Shown one piece after another: positions 1 through 11,521 of a DNA stretch of 64,000 bases. Source of the DNA: an uncultured delta proteobacterium (GTDB lineage Bacteria > Myxococcota_A > Polyangia > Polyangiales > Houyiibacteriaceae); assembly GCA_963699755.1 (NCBI GenBank), contig CAVOVB010000007.1:320001-384000 (forward strand). The letters are read 5' to 3'. The stretch's first letter is position 1, and the number at the start of each line of letters is the position of its first letter. The translations under genes were made by a program, and so were the position numbers. The notes below the pieces were generated by a model. It was given only the letters and a program-made list of their open reading frames with translations, was not told where the DNA came from and ran no database searches.

Positions 1-1186
1 CACTCAGCAGGGCCCAGCTCAGTCATCCGCCGAAAAGCGAATCGAGACACTGAAGATCCTGCTGGACCTTTCGAAGCGACTCCGCGCGCGACGCAAAAAA
101 CGCGGTGCCCTGGATTTCGACCTTCCGGAGGGCAAGATTGTCCTGGACGAACACGGCGAACCAAAACAGATCCTCCAATCCCGCAAGGATCCGGGCGTTC
201 GACAGGCCTACCGCATCGTCGAGGACATGATGCTGGTGACCAACGAAACCGTCGCCTCGCACATCAAGCGGCACGCCGCCCCTGGTGTGTTTCGGGTCCA
301 CGGGAAACCGGACCCGGAACGCATCTCCATGTTTTGCCAAGTGGCGAAGTCGTTCGGATACGAGCTCGAAGAGGAATCGGCAGCCACCCCCAAGCAACTC
401 AGTCGATTCCTGAGCCGAATCGAGGGGACCAACGAGGCGCCCCTGCTGCGCTACCTACTCCTTCGGGCGATGCAGCAGGCAACGTACGATACCGACCCTA
501 CGACTGGGCACTTTGCACTCGCTGCAAAGGACTACCTGCACTTCACCTCTCCGATTCGACGCTATCCCGACCTGATGGTGCATCGAATCCTCCGGCACAT
601 GATTCGAAACGAGAGCCTCGATTCAGCTTCGCTTCGGCCGCGCCTGCAGACTCTTGCCGTGCAGGCCAGCGAGTTCGAACGGCGCGCGATGATCGTGGAG
701 CGCGACGTGATGGACGTGTACCGAGCGATCTACATGCAGGGCCACATCGGAGAAGAGTTCGACGGGCGAATCTCTGGCTTTGCGCCATTCGGAATCTACA
801 TTCAGCTCGAAGACCCGTTCGTCAGCGTCTTGCTCCCCTTCGAGCAGCTCGAAGACAGGTACGAACCCGACGATCTGGGGATTCGCTTGATCGGGGCGCG
901 CACCTCGAAGATATTCACGATGAACGACCCGGTCAGGGTGCGGATCGAAGACGCGAACGTGCAGGCGCGAGATGTCGTAGGCTCGCTCGTGGAGCATCAT
1001 CCCGCAGAGGCGCCCACGGAGGTGCGAAGAAGGCAGGGGCCCGCCACTCAACGGCGGCGCGGCCCGGAAGAACGAAGGCGCGTCGAACCCGAGAAGAGGC
1101 TCAGCGCGCCGAAGGGGCGGGGTGGCGCCAAGAAAGAACGGCGCGAAGAGCCGCGTAAACGACGTCGGCGCGGCAGACGGAACTGA
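1..1186 (+). CDS. rnr: Ribonuclease R, 5'-truncated by the window edge
   Basis: Frame is open from base 2 (RGALDFDLPE...IVEDMMLVTNETVA). Contains the RNB motif HFALAAKDYLHFTSPIRRYPDL, a C-terminal S1 domain and a basic tail. Confidence 0.93.
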   Translation, partial: TQQGPAQSSAEKRIETLKILLDLSKRLRARRKKRGALDFDLPEGKIVLDEHGEPKQILQSRKDPGVRQAYRIVEDMMLVTNETVASHIKRHAAPGVFRVHGKPDPERISMFCQVAKSFGYELEEESAATPKQLSRFLSRIEGTNEAPLLRYLLLRAMQQATYDTDPTTGHFALAAKDYLHFTSPIRRYPDLMVHRILRHMIRNESLDSASLRPRLQTLAVQASEFERRAMIVERDVMDVYRAIYMQGHIGEEFDGRISGFAPFGIYIQLEDPFVSVLLPFEQLEDRYEPDDLGIRLIGARTSKIFTMNDPVRVRIEDANVQARDVVGSLVEHHPAEAPTEVRRRQGPATQRRRGPEERRRVEPEKRLSAPKGRGGAKKERREEPRKRRRRGRRN

Positions 1187-2517
1187 TGGCAGCGAAGCAA
1201 CGTTCACCAGTCAGCACGGCCGAGCTGATCGTCCGAAAGCGCGAGGGCGGGAAGCTGACGAAGCAGGAGATCGACCGCCTGATCGCCGGTTTCATGAACG
1301 GCACCGTAGCCGACTATCAGATGAGCGCCTTGGCGATGGCCGTGTATTTCCAAGGCATGGACTTCGAGGAGACGGTCGACATGACCCTAGCGATGCGGGA
1401 CAGCGGCAGGGTCCTGAGCCTCGAAGAGCTCGACGCTCCGAAGGTCGACAAGCACTCGACGGGCGGGGTCGGGGATAAGGTCAGCATCTGCCTCGCCCCA
1501 ATCGTTGCTGCTTGTGGCGTGACCGTTCCGATGATCAGCGGCCGCGGGCTCGGACACACGGGCGGCACCTTGGACAAGCTCGAAGCGATTCCTGGATTTC
1601 GAGTCGACCTCACGGTACGAGAGCTCCGAGCACAGCTCCGAAAGGTCGGATGCGCGCTGATCGGCCAAACGGGCGACCTCGCGCCGGCGGACAAGCGCCT
1701 GTACGCGCTGCGGGATGTCACCGGGACGGTCGAGTCCATCCCGCTGATCACTTCGAGCATTTTGTCGAAGAAGCTCGCCGAAGGGATCGACGCGCTCGTG
1801 CTGGATGTGAAGGTGGGCAGGGGCGCTTTCATGAAATCCGAGTCGGATGCCAGGGAGCTTGCGCGATCTCTGGTACGAGTCGGGACCCTCGCCGGCAAGC
1901 GAGTCTCTGCGCTGCTGACCGACATGAACAGCCCAATTGGATATACGATCGGAAACGCGCTTGAAACTCGGGAGGCGCTCGAGATTCTTCACGGTGAAGG
2001 CCCTCACGAGCTACGGGAGCTCACCTACGCGCTTGCGGTGGAAATGCTGAGGGCCGCGGGCATTGTGAAAACCAAGTCTCAAGCGCGACGACGCATCGAG
2101 CTAGCGGTGAAGGATGGGAGTGCGCTGTTGAAAATGCGGCGGATCGTCGAAGCCCAAGGAGGAGATCCGAACGTAGTAGACACACCGGATCGGCTCGCTT
2201 TATCGCCGTACCGATCGACCATTCGAGCAACGAAAGATGGCTACATCGCGGGCATCGATCCCCTCGCCTTGGGATACGTATCGATGGGACTGGGAGCGGG
2301 CCGCGTTCGCGCCGAGGATGCAGTGGATTATGGGGCAGGAGTTCATCTGCACGTTCAGCTCGGAGATCGGGTCCGGGCTGGCGACCCACTCGCCACCTTG
2401 TATTCTTCCGAGCGAGCATTGCTGCGTCCTGGGGCTGGCCGGGCCACTCGCTCCATTCGAATCGCGAAGCGGCGCCCAACCGTGCGCGACCGGATCATGG
2501 CGACGATTCGCCGTTGA
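1186..2517 (+). CDS. deoA: Thymidine/pyrimidine-nucleoside phosphorylase
   Basis: Motifs VDKHSTGGVGDK, MISGRGLGHTGGTLDKLE, SILSKKLAEG. TGATG overlap with rnr. Confidence 0.92.
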   Translation: MAAKQRSPVSTAELIVRKREGGKLTKQEIDRLIAGFMNGTVADYQMSALAMAVYFQGMDFEETVDMTLAMRDSGRVLSLEELDAPKVDKHSTGGVGDKVSICLAPIVAACGVTVPMISGRGLGHTGGTLDKLEAIPGFRVDLTVRELRAQLRKVGCALIGQTGDLAPADKRLYALRDVTGTVESIPLITSSILSKKLAEGIDALVLDVKVGRGAFMKSESDARELARSLVRVGTLAGKRVSALLTDMNSPIGYTIGNALETREALEILHGEGPHELRELTYALAVEMLRAAGIVKTKSQARRRIELAVKDGSALLKMRRIVEAQGGDPNVVDTPDRLALSPYRSTIRATKDGYIAGIDPLALGYVSMGLGAGRVRAEDAVDYGAGVHLHVQLGDRVRAGDPLATLYSSERALLRPGAGRATRSIRIAKRRPTVRDRIMATIRR

Positions 2518-3880
2518 TCTTGCAGCCCCCTGCGGCCTGCGCGCCGATCTGCTCACGAAGACCGCGGTAGGCGGGCGCATCTACGTAGCTGGTATCGGGG
2601 AAGTCGGATCGCGCGGCGTATTGCTGGCCAAGCTCTTCGATGAAATCCGCACCGCTGGCGCGATCCAAATCAGCGAGCACGCGCCTGGCGCTGACCGGTT
2701 CCACCTCGCCGCCCCAGTCGCGTTGCGCTTCGCTGAGCGCGCTGAGAAGCGTTCGCTTTCCACCGCTGGCAAGCCGAAGCCGGACATCTGTTTCCAGAGC
2801 GAACGCCGTTCCTGCCCAATAGACGCGTTGATAGGCGCCAGTCTGGTGCATCCTGAGGCTCTCGTCTGCGAGCGGGCGCCCAGAGCCCGAACGCCGGCCG
2901 CGCTCGAAACCTTCATGGATGCGCCTCCAAGCCTGCTCGCTGCTCTGGAGGCCGCAGCGCGCTCGGAGCACTTCCTGTAGGTACGTCGCGATTCCTTCGG
3001 AAAGCCAGCGGCCGTCTGCCTGCAGTCTGGGTAGCCAGAGATGCGAGAGCTCGTGAATCGCAACCCAATCCGATTCGAGCTCAGGCGCTTCGGCATCCAT
3101 CGACGGACGGAGGAGAACCGAGGTACCACCTCCGCGTCGGACCATCCCGAAGGCGACCTCGCTCCCCCCATCGTCGACTGGCGCAATCACAAAGAGCAGG
3201 CGATCGCGAGGAAAACGACCCCCGACGAACGCTGTGGTCTGCATGGCGCGAATGAGCCAGCGGCGAATGTCTGCTTCAGGCGGTCTCGTCCCGAGATGCA
3301 CGACTTCGACCTGCGTGTTCGCAACCGAGAATGCCTGTCGATCGAAGACCCCGAACACAGCGAAGGACTCTACGAACAAAGCGCTTCGCTCCGGCTGGAA
3401 TACGCCGTTGGAGTCGCGCCAGGGCAAGGATGCTCGTCCGCCACCAGGGAGCACGAACCGTATCGATGCGTTCACCTCACTTGGAAAGGGATTGGGGCGC
3501 CACAGCCATTGTGCCTGGGAAAGGACCGCTACGGAGGAATTGGCAAGTCCCGACCATCGAGGCTCGAAGCGGGTTTCGTATTCAATGCAGCTTGAGGTCG
3601 AGACGCGATTCAAGAGAATTCGCCCGTCTCGCGTCTCCAGCGCGACGCCATCGACCCAGGCGCCTCGCAACTGCCGCGCGGCGGCCGAGTTCATGGGCTC
3701 CAAGGCAGCCAATGGCAGGCTTTTGAAGCATGCGTGAACTCGAGCGCCGTCAAGCTCGTCAAAGATTGTAACCGAGTAGTGAGCGATCGCACTCGAATGT
3801 AGCTGTTTGGGAGGGGGATTCATACGATGCGCGCATGCAACCAGGCAAGCTAACCCTGCGACTCTCCCAACGCGCATCAT
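2495..3880 (-). CDS. Putative lipoprotein zinc metallopeptidase (gluzincin, M1/M61-like)
   Basis: HELSH (HExxH) with downstream WLSEGIATY third-ligand motif and a RVYW-AG motif. N-terminal LACLVAC is lipobox-like. Confidence 0.7.
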   Translation of the reverse strand: MMRVGRVAGLACLVACAHRMNPPPKQLHSSAIAHYSVTIFDELDGARVHACFKSLPLAALEPMNSAAARQLRGAWVDGVALETRDGRILLNRVSTSSCIEYETRFEPRWSGLANSSVAVLSQAQWLWRPNPFPSEVNASIRFVLPGGGRASLPWRDSNGVFQPERSALFVESFAVFGVFDRQAFSVANTQVEVVHLGTRPPEADIRRWLIRAMQTTAFVGGRFPRDRLLFVIAPVDDGGSEVAFGMVRRGGGTSVLLRPSMDAEAPELESDWVAIHELSHLWLPRLQADGRWLSEGIATYLQEVLRARCGLQSSEQAWRRIHEGFERGRRSGSGRPLADESLRMHQTGAYQRVYWAGTAFALETDVRLRLASGGKRTLLSALSEAQRDWGGEVEPVSARRVLADLDRASGADFIEELGQQYAARSDFPDTSYVDAPAYRGLREQIGAQAAGGCKINGESSP

Positions 3881-4068
3881 GATCTAAGTCGTCAGAATCG
3901 ATGCGGTATCCCGCCCTCGATCGCAAGTGCTATCGAAGGAAAATTTCAACGAAACATCCCGGTGTGACGGACGTAGAGACTGTCATGACGCACGCTTTGC
4001 TTTTGGATTGCGATCCGGGATGGCTTTGGCTAGCGTGGCAGCATTCAAACTGGGGTATGGGATTGGTC

Positions 4069-4086
4069 CCGGACGTCCCGTTGCAT
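4069..4086 (+). promoter_or_regulatory. Weak sigma54 (-24/-12)-like element upstream of the RiPP precursor
   Basis: ccGGacgtcccgttGCat: GG-N10-GC spacing with a good TTGCA -12 box but a poor -24 box. About 60 nt before ATG 4147. Confidence 0.3.
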
Positions 4087-4146
4087 CGACGGAGAGCTGT
4101 TTGGACGCTCACGATGCTCTGACAAACAAATAGAGGGTGAACAAAC

Positions 4147-4398
4147 ATGAACGCAGCACTCAAGCACACAATCATCGCGATGGCGACGGCGGCACTGAGC
4201 GTGACCGCCGCATGCAAGTCGGACAGTGGTCCGGAAGCCTCCGAGACCACGACCGGCGCCGAGACCGCCGCGGCGGCCAAAGAAGGCGCAGCGGAAGCCT
4301 CCTGCGGTGAGGGTAATTGTGGCGCGGCCAAGGATACAGCTACAGATGCTGCAGAGGCCTCCTGTGGCGAAGGCAGCTGCGGCGGCGCGGAGAAGTAG
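4147..4398 (+). CDS. MNIO-associated RiPP precursor (HvfA/bufferin-like, Cys-Gly repeats) with probable lipoprotein signal
   Basis: 83 aa. Hydrophobic N-terminus ends VTAAC23. Two repeats, AEASCGEGNCG and AEASCGEGSCG, resemble EGKCG repeats. RBS agaggg. Lies directly upstream of DUF692. Confidence 0.85.
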   Translation: MNAALKHTIIAMATAALSVTAACKSDSGPEASETTTGAETAAAAKEGAAEASCGEGNCGAAKDTATDAAEASCGEGSCGGAEK

Positions 4399-4442
4399 GC
4401 AAACTGGGTCGCGCTGCGCCGAATGGGGGAGCACGGCATCTA

Positions 4443-4481
4443 GAGCCGCGGCGGCGTTTGTCGCCGTGGCTCGTCGTTTTT
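4443..4481 (+). terminator. Stem-loop with short U-tract between precursor and MNIO gene (leaky terminator or mRNA stabiliser)
   Basis: gagccgcggcggc-gttt-gtcgccgtggctc forms a 13-bp stem with two G-U pairs, followed by gtcgttttt. Confidence 0.6.
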
Positions 4482-4485
4482 CGGG

Positions 4486-5346
4486 ATGGGCATGAGTCCA
4501 CACGTCGCTGCAGAGGTAAGAGGAATCGGCCTCGGGTTGCGCTACGACCTCGGAACCGAGCTCTTCGAACGTCAGCCGGAGACGATTTCCTGGCTGGAGA
4601 TTCACCCCGAGAACTACCTGAATCGAGGCGGCCGCTACCAGGAGATGCTCGACCTCGCGCGTAGAGACTGGCCGATCGTCACCCATGGGCTCAGTACCTG
4701 CCTGGGCGCCCCCGAGCCGTTCGACGCGAGGTATCTGCGCGAGCTCCGAATGTTCTTGTCCGACATCGAGGTCCCTTGGCACAGCGAGCATCTGTGCCTC
4801 GGCGGAGTCGGCGACCGCTTCTTCCATGATTTGCTCCCACTGCCGTTCACGGAGGAGACGGCACGAATCGCATCTCAACGATTGATCGAGGTGAGGGATG
4901 CTATCGACCTGCCCTTGGCTTTGGAGAACGCCAGCTACTACGCGTCGCAGTGCGCGGATGGTTTGGCAGAGGCGGATTTCGTGGTCGATGTCTTGGAGCG
5001 AGCGGACGCAAAGCTGCTCTTGGACGTGAACAATATCTACGTGAACAGCCGTAACTTCGACTTCGATCCGAAAGCCTATATCGACAAGATTCCTGCGGAC
5101 CGGGTGGTTCAGATCCACGTCGCCGGTCATTTCGTTCGCGACGACGGCTTGCGTATCGACACGCATGGCGAGCCCGTGCCCGACGACGTCTACCAGCTTC
5201 TCGACTACACGCTGCGCAAGATCGGCCCGGTACCCGTCTTGCTGGAACGGGACAACAACGTGCCTCCGCTCGACGAGCTCTTGGCGGAAGTAGACGAGCT
5301 TTGGAGTATCTACCGCAACGCCACGGACGCCGATCATGCTGGCTGA
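4486..5346 (+). CDS. DUF692 family multinuclear non-heme iron-dependent oxidase (MNIO; MbnB/HvfB/BufB-like)
   Basis: Motifs GIGLGLR, WLEIHPENY, THGLS, SEHL, HDLLPLP, LENASYY, LLLDVNNIYVN, QIHVAGH, IDTHG, VLLERD. Alternative start at 4492. Confidence 0.93.
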   Translation: MGMSPHVAAEVRGIGLGLRYDLGTELFERQPETISWLEIHPENYLNRGGRYQEMLDLARRDWPIVTHGLSTCLGAPEPFDARYLRELRMFLSDIEVPWHSEHLCLGGVGDRFFHDLLPLPFTEETARIASQRLIEVRDAIDLPLALENASYYASQCADGLAEADFVVDVLERADAKLLLDVNNIYVNSRNFDFDPKAYIDKIPADRVVQIHVAGHFVRDDGLRIDTHGEPVPDDVYQLLDYTLRKIGPVPVLLERDNNVPPLDELLAEVDELWSIYRNATDADHAG

Positions 5347-6058
5347 TCGCGCCAAAGCGATGCAGCGCGTTTGCTTCGGCGCCGAGCCGAGTGAGGCGGA
5401 CCTCGAGCTCCTGGGGTCGCGTGAGCGTTGGCTGGTGTACCGAGATATGGTTCGCCACCGACTCATCCAGGTAGTCGGAGTTGCCCTCGCGCGGACCAGA
5501 GATGCGATGGGCGAGGAGGCGTTCGGATGCGCCGTCGATGAGTGGCTAAGCACGGGAGGCCCAAAGACGCGCTACCTGCGGCACGTGCCAATCGAGCTTG
5601 CAGACTTCGCGATTCCCATCTGGACGAGCAGCGACATCCCATGGCTGGCCGAGCTTGCCCATTTCGAGATCGCATGCTGGAAGGTTCGTCACGCGCCGCC
5701 CGAGCCAAAGCCGGACGCGGAGTTCGCGTTCGACCGAACACCGGTGCTCTGCACGGCAATTGAAGTCCTGCGCCTCAGCTATCCTGTGCATCTCGGGCCC
5801 ACCCCCGCGCAAGGATACGAGCCGAGTCCAACCCTCCTCTGCGTTTATCGCGACAATGACCACAAAGCGTCCACGCGGAAGCTCAACCACTTGGCCGCCG
5901 ACCTCCTCGAAGCCTGGCAAAGGGCCGAGGAAACCGTCGCCGACTCCGTCCAGCGCATCGCCGCAGAGCACCGCACTGAGCTCAGTCCAGCCTTCGTCGA
6001 AAAGCTCTCCGCCCTGATCGCCGACTTCATCGCAGTGGGACGCTGTTCGGCCCCCTAA
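5336..6058 (+). CDS. MNIO partner protein (DUF2063/HvfC/BufC-like)
   Basis: Overlaps the DUF692 gene. RWLVYRDMVRHRL...WLAELAHFE...LRLSYPVH is typical of this family. Confidence 0.75.
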   Translation: MLADRAKAMQRVCFGAEPSEADLELLGSRERWLVYRDMVRHRLIQVVGVALARTRDAMGEEAFGCAVDEWLSTGGPKTRYLRHVPIELADFAIPIWTSSDIPWLAELAHFEIACWKVRHAPPEPKPDAEFAFDRTPVLCTAIEVLRLSYPVHLGPTPAQGYEPSPTLLCVYRDNDHKASTRKLNHLAADLLEAWQRAEETVADSVQRIAAEHRTELSPAFVEKLSALIADFIAVGRCSAP

Positions 6059-6092
6059 ACCCCCGAAATCAAAGGAAGTATGGGGGAATCTC

Positions 6093-7238
6093 TCAGTACC
6101 CCTCCACCTTGCTGATGATCTCGTTCATGATTTCGCGGGTGCCGCCGCCGATCGGGTAGAGGCGTGCGTCGCGGTAGAGTCGTTCGACGACGTATTCTCG
6201 CATGTAGCCGTATCCGCCATGGATTTGAACGGCTTGGTCGCAGACCTTGGAGCACATGTCGGTCGCGCTGTTCTTCGCCATCGCAGCGAGCGAAGGGGTT
6301 TGTTCTCCGTTCAGAAAGCGGGTGACGCATTCTCCGGTGAGCGCACGCGCGGCGGCGATCTCCGTGGCCATGTCGGCCAATTTGTGGCGAACGACCTGGA
6401 AGCCTGAAAGCGACCTGCCGAATGCGTGACGTTGCTTGGCGTACTCGACCGACTCTCGGTAGGCGAGCTCGGCGATGGCGACACACTGCCCCGCGAGCAT
6501 CAGGCGCTCGGTGACGAAGTTCGTCATGATCATCAGGAAGCCTCCTCCTTCCTGGCCGATGAGGTTCTCTGCTGGAACACGGCAATCTTCGAAGACAAGC
6601 TCGGCTGTGTCGCTTGCCCACCAGCCTGTCTTTTTGAGCTTGCTAGCCACAGTGAAGCCCGGCGCGTCCGTGTCGATGATCAGCATCGAGATACCGCCGT
6701 GGCCCTCGCCGCCGGTACGGACCGCCGTGGTGACGAAATCAGCCCGGGTGCCGGAGGTGATGAAGGTCTTGGCGCCGTTTACGATGTAATGGTCGCCATG
6801 GCGAACCGCCTTGGTTTGCACGGCAGCAACGTCGCTTCCACCACCGGGTTCAGTGATCGCGAGCGAGCAGATCAGGTCACCGCGAAGCGTCGGTCGAACG
6901 TAGCGCTCCTTCTGGGCACTCGTTCCGAACTTCACGATTGGCGGGAGGGCGATCCCGTGGCTTCCAAGGCCCACGCAGGTCCCGACCGACTTTCCCGCGG
7001 TCACCATCTCCTCGGCGGCCACCAGAACGTGGCTCAGATCGCCGCCGTCGCCACCGAGCGCTTCGGGATAGCCGGTCGCTAGGAAACCAGCCTCGGCGGA
7101 TCGTCGGTAGAGCTCGCGGGGGAACTCGTTGGCTTCCTCCCAAGCGTGCGCGTACGGCGCGATCGCGGTCGCCGCAAACCGCCGCACCTGCTCTCGTAGC
7201 GCGCGATGCTCGTCCGTCTCGAATAAATAGCTCTTCAT
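6093..7238 (-). CDS. Acyl-CoA dehydrogenase
   Basis: AITEPGGGSD, NGAKTFITSG, QIHGGYGYMREY...RLYRDAR...IGGGT. Confidence 0.93.
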   Translation of the reverse strand: MKSYLFETDEHRALREQVRRFAATAIAPYAHAWEEANEFPRELYRRSAEAGFLATGYPEALGGDGGDLSHVLVAAEEMVTAGKSVGTCVGLGSHGIALPPIVKFGTSAQKERYVRPTLRGDLICSLAITEPGGGSDVAAVQTKAVRHGDHYIVNGAKTFITSGTRADFVTTAVRTGGEGHGGISMLIIDTDAPGFTVASKLKKTGWWASDTAELVFEDCRVPAENLIGQEGGGFLMIMTNFVTERLMLAGQCVAIAELAYRESVEYAKQRHAFGRSLSGFQVVRHKLADMATEIAAARALTGECVTRFLNGEQTPSLAAMAKNSATDMCSKVCDQAVQIHGGYGYMREYVVERLYRDARLYPIGGGTREIMNEIISKVEGY

Positions 7239-7251
7239 TGCCCTTCTCCGC

Positions 7252-7292
7252 TCGTCTGACTCTACACGGCCACGGCCTATCGAGTCAGACGA
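7252..7292. repeat. Perfect 11-bp inverted repeat downstream of rpoC
   Basis: tcgtctgactc-N19-gagtcagacga. No U-tract on the minus strand. Confidence 0.7.
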
Positions 7293-7327
7293 ATTTCGGT
7301 TCGGGGAGTCGGAAGATCCGACCCTGG

Positions 7328-11518
<4,191 letters not shown>

Positions 11519-11521
11519 GAC

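Noticed and set aside
4011..4037. CGATCC-N16-GCGTG as an ECF-type promoter
   Set aside because: Short motif expected by chance in GC-rich DNA; no cognate ECF gene in the window.
3901..4133. Short ORFs upstream of the precursor as a possible second precursor
   Set aside because: No SD, signal peptide or CG repeat motif; more likely promoter DNA.
4045..5553. 502-aa minus-strand ORF over the RiPP cluster
   Set aside because: Antisense to well-supported precursor and DUF692 genes; no family signature.
6093..7238. Acyl-CoA dehydrogenase as a tailoring enzyme of the RiPP cluster
   Set aside because: Convergent orientation and a generic fatty-acid-type sequence; nothing links it to the cluster.
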